Positions 7,859 to 14,500 of a stretch of DNA of 39,074 bases are shown here, one piece after another. The stretch is from contig JAISII010000169.1 of NCBI GenBank assembly GCA_031262125.1, positions 1 through 39,074 of the forward strand, written 5' to 3'. The notes beneath the pieces are model-generated. The model had not been told where the DNA came from, made no database searches, and was given only the letters and a program-made list of their open reading frames with translations. Within the stretch, counting starts at the first letter, position 1. Every line of letters starts with the position of its first letter. The translations under genes and the position numbers were made by a program. This DNA comes from Oscillospiraceae bacterium. Lineage in GTDB: Bacteria > Bacillota > Clostridia > Oscillospirales > Acutalibacteraceae.

Positions 7859-10800
7859 TTATTTGTTAAATATACCCGGGATTACCTCGCCGTCAGGTCC
7901 GTCGTGCTGCAAAAGCCAAGGAGTATCAAAGAAAACAATCTCACCTTTATAGTCAACATAGAAATCAAGGTCCGGCGTTGATACAGTCTCATAAATTCCG
8001 CTGAAACTATTTGAATATGTAACACGCATCTTATAGCGTACTCTTTTTGAGTCAAGGTAGCATCTTTGGTAAATGTCAAAATAATCATCGCTAACATCTA
8101 ACATCATGCCATCCCTTGCTTTAATCGAAACATCACACCAAGAACCCCTATAACCGACCCATTCAGGGTCATTATCGTAATCCTTATTAATGTACAAATC
8201 GGTATCCACACACATAACTTCTATTTTCCAGCCCAGATATTCAAAATCCGATGCTTGCATTTCGCCCTGACTATAGAAGCTAATCAGCTCGGTAACTTCA
8301 TCACGGTCTGGCAGCCAGTTGCCGTTACCGGTTACTTCACTCATCGGTGCATTGAATCGTGGCTTCCATTTTAAGGTTGGAGTTATTCCTCCCACATGAA
8401 TATCCCAATCCGTCTCATAAACTTGGATTTGTTCACCATCAACAACCTTATACACCCTTGCCACCATATGCCAAAGCCCACGCTCAGTAAGTCGATTTAG
8501 AGGGTGATAGCCATAATAATTAACAGTTTCGGTGTTATTAGGGTCGTTTTGCTTGGTAAGCCAATATACATCAATATATTCGCCTGAAGAGTAGTTTATA
8601 TTCAGCCCTTCAGCCCAAACATAATCACCGTCATCGCCCATGGGGTAAAACACTCCTTCAGAGTAGCCTGCCGTATATAGCGGTGGCGTTACGAACAGTC
8701 GGTCGTCGGTAGTGAATATTTTATACGAACCCACGATAGAATCGTAGCCGTATGCACTTATTGTATAGTTTATTGTAAATTCTTTGCCATATTTTTTTGT
8801 TGCAAGGAAAGGTTTGGTTATTGTTTTATATGTCCAATACGCATCTTCATCATCACACCAATACGAGATGCTGATTTCATCCGCGGACGGACCTATAACT
8901 TGGGGGTTAAGCACACTATCAGGCATCAGGTTATATTCTTGGTTTTCATCTGAGCCAACATATTGATAAGAAGCCACTTTGCCGCCCGTCATCGTGCGGT
9001 TTTTAACGGTAAATACCTCGTCTACGGTATAGTAGTAATTGGTGTTTGCACCGGGACCGTATAGGATTATAACAACTACCTTAAACTGCCCTCCGGGCAC
9101 CAAATCAGCTTGTGTCAGCTCGTTGTTGTCAAGGTCGTGCCATCTGAACAGCTTTGAATCGGGTTGTTGTGTAAAAGCCGCAACCGATTCGTCAAACACC
9201 ACATGGGCATTAAGTTCTGAGAGTGTAACAGGGTACTCCAGCTCTTCATCAATTTCAAGCTCCACATGGTTAGAAATATTCATTCCAAGCACCCTAACTC
9301 TGTACGATAGCGGTGTCGGGGCATAATTTACCGCAGTGTTGCCCGTTGGGGTTACTAAGCAAGTTACCATATAATCGCCCGCATATTTAACCTTATAAGG
9401 TCCGGGTCCCGTATACAAGGTATCATTGCCGAATTTTACTGTATAACTGAGCGTATATGTTGCATCCGGCGTAGTAATTGTAGGAGCAACAATACAATCT
9501 TGAAAATCGTTGTTAAATGTCAGTTCAACATTTTGCATAGTTTGGGCTGCCAAGGTTGAAGATATGAGCATAGAAGAAGCAAAATGAAAATACTCGGTTT
9601 CGATGTTATCACCGTTTTTATGGTAGCAATAGTCGGCAGCATCGCCTAAATCTATAAGTGCATAAATACCAAAAGATTTTGCATGGTCGTAAGCGGTAAC
9701 CCAATCAATCGATTCATACCAAGGGTAATTATCAAGGTTTGCAAAATTTGCACCCGCAGCTCTAAATTTTTGATTATTGCTCCAGCCCATATATATAATC
9801 TCGGCTTTTCCGCCAAGTTCCTCAAACCATGTCGGCAACCCCGATAATACTGGTGCTTCTATTGCTTGCGGATAGGTAAAGTTTTTAGAGGTATACGACA
9901 GTGCGGTTTTAAGCTCATATTTTTCAATCTCGAAAATATAATAATCGCTGACTGTGCCATAGCCGTCTGCCGCAATTTGAAAATAAACCTTATGCTCGCC
10001 AACTTCTTTAAAAGACGGCGGTGTTGCAAGGTTATATTCGCCCTCTTGTGTGCCGTACATTAATGTATAGTCGGCATCAAGAGTGGTTACGGTAACAGCA
10101 GGTGCTGCAAAAAATACATTATCAAACACGGCTGTTGTGCCGCTTGTGGGTTTTGTGTATTCAACAGCAGGCAGCCACTTGGCATACAATGTAATATCAC
10201 CGCTCGAGCCGAGCTCAATGCTCTCTACCCTATCTTCCCACACGCCGTCATCGGTATACCAACCGTCAAAAACATAGTCTTCACGTGTTGCCGGTTGCAA
10301 TGTAACAATACTATCGGCACTGTACAACGTTGGGTTAAGATAATAATTTTCGCCGCCGTTTAGCTCATATGTAATGTTATAAAATGTCGGCAAGTTTTCC
10401 AGCATTTTGCCGTCGGCACCAAAGGCATATGTGCCTATGGGCATATCGCAATAAGTGTTATAAACACTGAAAATTCCGCTTGTTTTTACAACGCCGCCCC
10501 AGTTGGAGTAGTAATAATCTTCGCCTGATTTATACAACCCGTTACCCGTAGTATCGCCGTTAATATAAAGGTAAAGTGTGCCGTCAACGTCTACAATGCC
10601 GTCAAGCATTTTGCCGTCGGCTCCAAAAGAGTATGACTTGCCGGCCGGTAAATCACAATAGGTTGATTCTACATAGTATCTGCCATCGGTGAAAATCACA
10701 CCGCCCCAATCGGAGAAGTAATAATCTTCACCCACTTTATATAAACCATTACCTGCAGTAACCCCGTTAATATAAAGGTAAAGTATATCGTCTTTCTCAA

Positions 10801-11341
10801 CAATTCCATTCACCATTTTGCCGTCGGTACCAAAGGTGTAGTTGCCAACCGGCAAATCGCAGAAAGTTGTGTCTACATAATAGGTTAAGCCTGCTATAAT
10901 AACGCCGCCCCAAGCAACAAAGTAATAGGCGTTGTTAATTTTATGCAAACCATACGGGGCAGTTATGCCGTTAATAAAATAGTGCCGTGTACCATCGATT
11001 TCTACAATACCGTTAAGCATTTTGCCGTCGGCATCGATTGTATAGTTCCTGCCAGCCGGCAAATCGCAATAGGTTGCTGCTGCATAATATGTGCCGTCGG
11101 TTAATATCACACCGCCCCAATCGGCAAGGTAATAGTCGTCGTCGATTTTAAACAAACCCTGCACAGAAGTTATGCCGTCAACATAGAGCAATTTTGTGCC
11201 GTCGTCTTGTTCAACAATGCCGGTAAAGTCAGACGTTATCGCCTGTGGTGCATCATCGGCAAAAGCAGTAACACCGCAAACCGTAAACGTTGTTGCTAAC
11301 ATAATTAGTGTTAAGGTAACGCAGAGTATTCTTTTAAACAT
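7859..11341 (-). CDS. Secreted cell-surface protein. Layout: signal peptide, 4 x ~65-aa cell-wall-binding-type repeats, a Listeria-Bacteroides (Flg_new-type) repeat, then ~770 aa of unassigned sequence that is probably Ig-like and adhesin-like.
   Basis: 1160-aa ORF. Signal peptide MFKRILCVTLTLIMLATTFTVCGVTAFA|DD. Repeats of the form LYLYINGxTxGNGLYKxGEDYYxSDWGGVIxTDGRYYVxSTYCDLPAGxSYxFGADGKMLxG span aa ~40-315. NITYELNGGENYYLNP...YVFDGWYTDDG...ITLYAKW (aa ~318-389) is the Listeria-Bacteroides repeat pattern. The rest carries recurring xxYTLxY...G.Y.V...NY...I motifs. Confidence 0.85.
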   Translation of the reverse strand: MFKRILCVTLTLIMLATTFTVCGVTAFADDAPQAITSDFTGIVEQDDGTKLLYVDGITSVQGLFKIDDDYYLADWGGVILTDGTYYAAATYCDLPAGRNYTIDADGKMLNGIVEIDGTRHYFINGITAPYGLHKINNAYYFVAWGGVIIAGLTYYVDTTFCDLPVGNYTFGTDGKMVNGIVEKDDILYLYINGVTAGNGLYKVGEDYYFSDWGGVIFTDGRYYVESTYCDLPAGKSYSFGADGKMLDGIVDVDGTLYLYINGDTTGNGLYKSGEDYYYSNWGGVVKTSGIFSVYNTYCDMPIGTYAFGADGKMLENLPTFYNITYELNGGENYYLNPTLYSADSIVTLQPATREDYVFDGWYTDDGVWEDRVESIELGSSGDITLYAKWLPAVEYTKPTSGTTAVFDNVFFAAPAVTVTTLDADYTLMYGTQEGEYNLATPPSFKEVGEHKVYFQIAADGYGTVSDYYIFEIEKYELKTALSYTSKNFTYPQAIEAPVLSGLPTWFEELGGKAEIIYMGWSNNQKFRAAGANFANLDNYPWYESIDWVTAYDHAKSFGIYALIDLGDAADYCYHKNGDNIETEYFHFASSMLISSTLAAQTMQNVELTFNNDFQDCIVAPTITTPDATYTLSYTVKFGNDTLYTGPGPYKVKYAGDYMVTCLVTPTGNTAVNYAPTPLSYRVRVLGMNISNHVELEIDEELEYPVTLSELNAHVVFDESVAAFTQQPDSKLFRWHDLDNNELTQADLVPGGQFKVVVIILYGPGANTNYYYTVDEVFTVKNRTMTGGKVASYQYVGSDENQEYNLMPDSVLNPQVIGPSADEISISYWCDDEDAYWTYKTITKPFLATKKYGKEFTINYTISAYGYDSIVGSYKIFTTDDRLFVTPPLYTAGYSEGVFYPMGDDGDYVWAEGLNINYSSGEYIDVYWLTKQNDPNNTETVNYYGYHPLNRLTERGLWHMVARVYKVVDGEQIQVYETDWDIHVGGITPTLKWKPRFNAPMSEVTGNGNWLPDRDEVTELISFYSQGEMQASDFEYLGWKIEVMCVDTDLYINKDYDNDPEWVGYRGSWCDVSIKARDGMMLDVSDDYFDIYQRCYLDSKRVRYKMRVTYSNSFSGIYETVSTPDLDFYVDYKGEIVFFDTPWLLQHDGPDGEVIPGIFNK
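10397..11224 (-). repeat. Four tandem ~195-bp (65-aa) wall-binding-type coding repeats
   Basis: Recurring DNA strings such as aagcattttgccgtcggc and caccgccccaatcgg recur with ~195-nt spacing. At protein level each unit is three ~20-aa aromatic/Gly sub-repeats, like choline-/glucan-binding (CW_binding_1-type) repeats. Confidence 0.8.
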
Positions 11342-11389
11342 AAAGGCATCTCCTCAAAATAAAGTAGGGCAATTTTCTCAAGATAATTA

Positions 11390-11418
11390 ATTTTAACATA
11401 TTTAAACAAAAATAGCAA
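11390..11418 (-). promoter_or_regulatory. Putative promoter of the 1160-aa surface protein gene (extended -10)
   Basis: Minus strand: TTGCTA (11418-11413), a 17-nt spacer ending in TGt, then TAAAAT (11395-11390). The same architecture and flanking sequence occur upstream of the scaffoldin gene. Confidence 0.5.
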
Positions 11419-11498
11419 GGAATTTCACGTTTTTTGTACACATTGACATAATTTGACACATAACTATATTAGTGTAATGATATAAATTAGAAACGCAA

Positions 11499-11529
11499 AA
11501 ATCCCCTCTGCCATAGACAAAGGGGATTT
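11499..11529 (-). terminator. Rho-independent terminator of the scaffoldin gene
   Basis: AAATCCCCT (11499-11507) pairs with AGGGGATTT (11521-11529). On the minus strand it is followed by TTTGCGTTTC. Confidence 0.7.
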
Positions 11530-11586
11530 AGGTTTTAATTATAGATTATTACTATAGTTTAGCAGAGTTTATGCAAAACTGATTAA

Positions 11587-14500
11587 TTAAGCAATAACTT
11601 TGCCGCTTGCATCAAAGGTGTATTCCATCGGTACAGAAAGACCATTGGTGATTTCTGCAAAGAAGGTTTGGTCAGTAATAAGTTTGCCGCCTTCGGTTAC
11701 ATAGTAATAATCACCGTCTACTGCAATCAAGCCCAAAGGTGCGGGGTTGCCGTTTTGATAGAGATAGATGCCGTCGGTTTTTGTTACAAAACCATCAAGC
11801 ATTTTACCATCGACTCCAAAAGTGTAGTTGCCAATCGGCAAATCACAGTTGGTAACATCTACATAATATGTGCCGTCGGTGTTAATTACGCCGCCCCAGC
11901 TTGCAAAGTAATAATCGCCGTCTAACTCAAACAAACCATATGGAGTGGTAATTCCGTTAATGTAGAGATACAGTATACCGTCAATCTCTACCATACCATT
12001 AAGCATTTTGCCGTCTGCACCGAAAGAGTAAGACAGGCCCGCCGATAAATCACAATAGGTTGTATCTACATGATAACTGCCATCGGTTTTAATTACGCCA
12101 CCCCAATCAGAGAGGTAATAATCATCGCCTATTTTGTATAAACCTTTGCTTGAAGTATCGCCGTTAATATAAAGGTAAAGTGTACCGTCGTTTTCTACAA
12201 TACCATTAAGCATTTTGCCATCGGCACCGAAATAGTACGACCTGTCTGCCGGCAAATCACAATAGGTTGTTACTACATGGTATCTGCCATCGGTGGTAAT
12301 TACACCGCCCCAATCAGAGAGGTAGTAATCGTCGCCAATTTTGTATAACCCTTTACTTGTAGTGTCGCCGTTAATATAAAGGTAAAGTGTGCCTTCGTTT
12401 TCTACAACACCGTTAAGCATTTTGCCGTCTGCACCAAAATAGTACGACCAGCCTGCTGGTATATCACAATAGGTTGTATCTACATGGTATCTGCCGTCTG
12501 TGAAAATTACGCCGCCCCAATAGGAGAGGTAGTAATCGTCGCCTATTTTGAATAAACCTTTACTTGCAGTATCGCCGTTAATATAAAGGATACCGTCGTA
12601 AATGCCGTTAAGCATTTTGCCGTCTGCTCCGAAATAATACGACCTGCCTGCCGGTAAATCGCAGTAAGTATTTGCAACATGGTATCTGCCATTGGCAAGA
12701 TTAATGCCGCCCCAATCGGAGAGATAATAATCATCTCCTATTTTGTACAAACCGTTGCTTGTGGTGTCGCCGTTAATATAAAGGTAAGATGTATCATCGC
12801 TTTCTAAAACACCGTTAAGCATTTTACCGTCGGCTCCAAAATAGTACGATCTGCCTGCCGGCATATCACAATAGGTTGTTTCTACATGGTATCTGCCGTC
12901 TGTGAAGATTACGCCGCCCCAATTGGAGAGATAATAATCGTCGCCGACTTTATATAAACCGTTAGCAGTAGTTACGCCGTCAAGGTAAAGGTAAAGTGTT
13001 CCTTCTTTTTCGACTATTTCGTTAATGCCTTTGTAATCTTCGCCGAAAATCATTCCGTAAATTTCGCCTTTTTGTGCATAGCCATTATCGCTGAAGAAAT
13101 ATACAGCATCTCCGATTTGTTGGAAGCCTTGCAAGCCTAAACCGTTCTGTGCATAAGCATAACCGTTACGGTCTGTATAGAAACCGTCAGCAATTTCTAC
13201 AGTTAAATCACGTGTGCCGTCTTCGTTAAAGAAGTACCAAGTTAAAACACCTTCCGCATTGGGAACAAGTTGTAACCCGCCCTCTAAACGGTAACCGGCT
13301 TCAAAGAAGTAATCTACATCATCGATTGTATACCAACCGCTGTAGTAGTATGAGGTTTCGCTATAGAAATAACGTGTACCGAAAAGTGTTTTCACCCATC
13401 CGCCAACGGGCTCCGGCTCGGGGTTAGTCGGGTCAGGTTCAGGATCTGTGGGATCCGGGTCAGGGTCTGTTGGGTCTGTTATCGGGTCAGTCGGGTCGGG
13501 CTCAGGATCCGTGGGATCCGGCTCAGGGTCAGTTGGATCCGGTTCGGGTTCTGTCGCTGCAGGTGTAATCGTAATAGCTTCAGAATCTGAAGTTAGAGAG
13601 AAAGAATCATCGATTACTGTAAAATATTCAACTAAGTAAGAGAGGTCTTCGGTTGTTGAATCTGCTACAGCCAAATCTCTGATATTCAAATCTACGCTGC
13701 CTGTGCCTGCAGCAATTACTTTAAATGTAATTGTAGCAAGAACTTTGCCCTCGTCGTTAAAGTCAAAACCATTAAAACCGGTTGCGGGATGGTAATAAGC
13801 AGAAGAGTTGAAATAGATTTTGCCTTCTTCGCCTGTGTTTGTCATTAAATTGCCGCCCGAAAGAACAGGGATACTGATTCTTTCAAATTCGATAACGTCC
13901 GAAGAGTATGTGATATGAACGTCAAGTGAAGTTGCAATTTTATCGGAAGGCAGGTTGAGTTCGTAAGTTGCTGTTACTGTGTCGCCGATATTTGCTTCGG
14001 TAAGTTCGAATGTGGAGATAACAGGTTCGGGAGTTGTGTATGTGTATGAATTTACCGACGTCGGGTCTACAGTCTCGTTGTCAAAATAGAAGCATACGCC
14101 GTCATACAAATCTGCAATTGCAATATCTTCTGTTTGGAAGTAATTGCCCCATTTTGTTGCGTCAAAATTATTGCGGAAGAGTATTCCTATAGCGGTATCT
14201 AAAACTTCGCCGGGAATAACTGCCGACCAAATATCGCCGTTTTCGCCGTAATTACCTGTTGCTGTCATCGGTATTGTGCCGTCTGAATTAGAGGTCCAAT
14301 AGAAGATAGCTGCAGGTGCCCAATTATATTTGTTCTCTAAGTATACTGTAATATCGGCAGTAGGAGGTGCTGTTGGAGGTTCTGTAGGTGGCACAGATTC
14401 TTTATATTCTCTCCAGTGGCCATCGAGTTTATCGGGCCAGGCTGTGCCTTCTGCTATGCTGGTGAAAGTGAATGTGCAGAAGTCCGGGTCGGCTGAGATT

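Noticed and set aside
13408-13548. Possible CRISPR or other non-coding array, because of the regular short repeats (also 19412-19510)
   Set aside because: The repeats are contiguous with no spacers, have periods of 21 and 24 bp, and are in frame within large ORFs. They encode Pro/Thr linkers. These are coding tandem repeats, not CRISPR.
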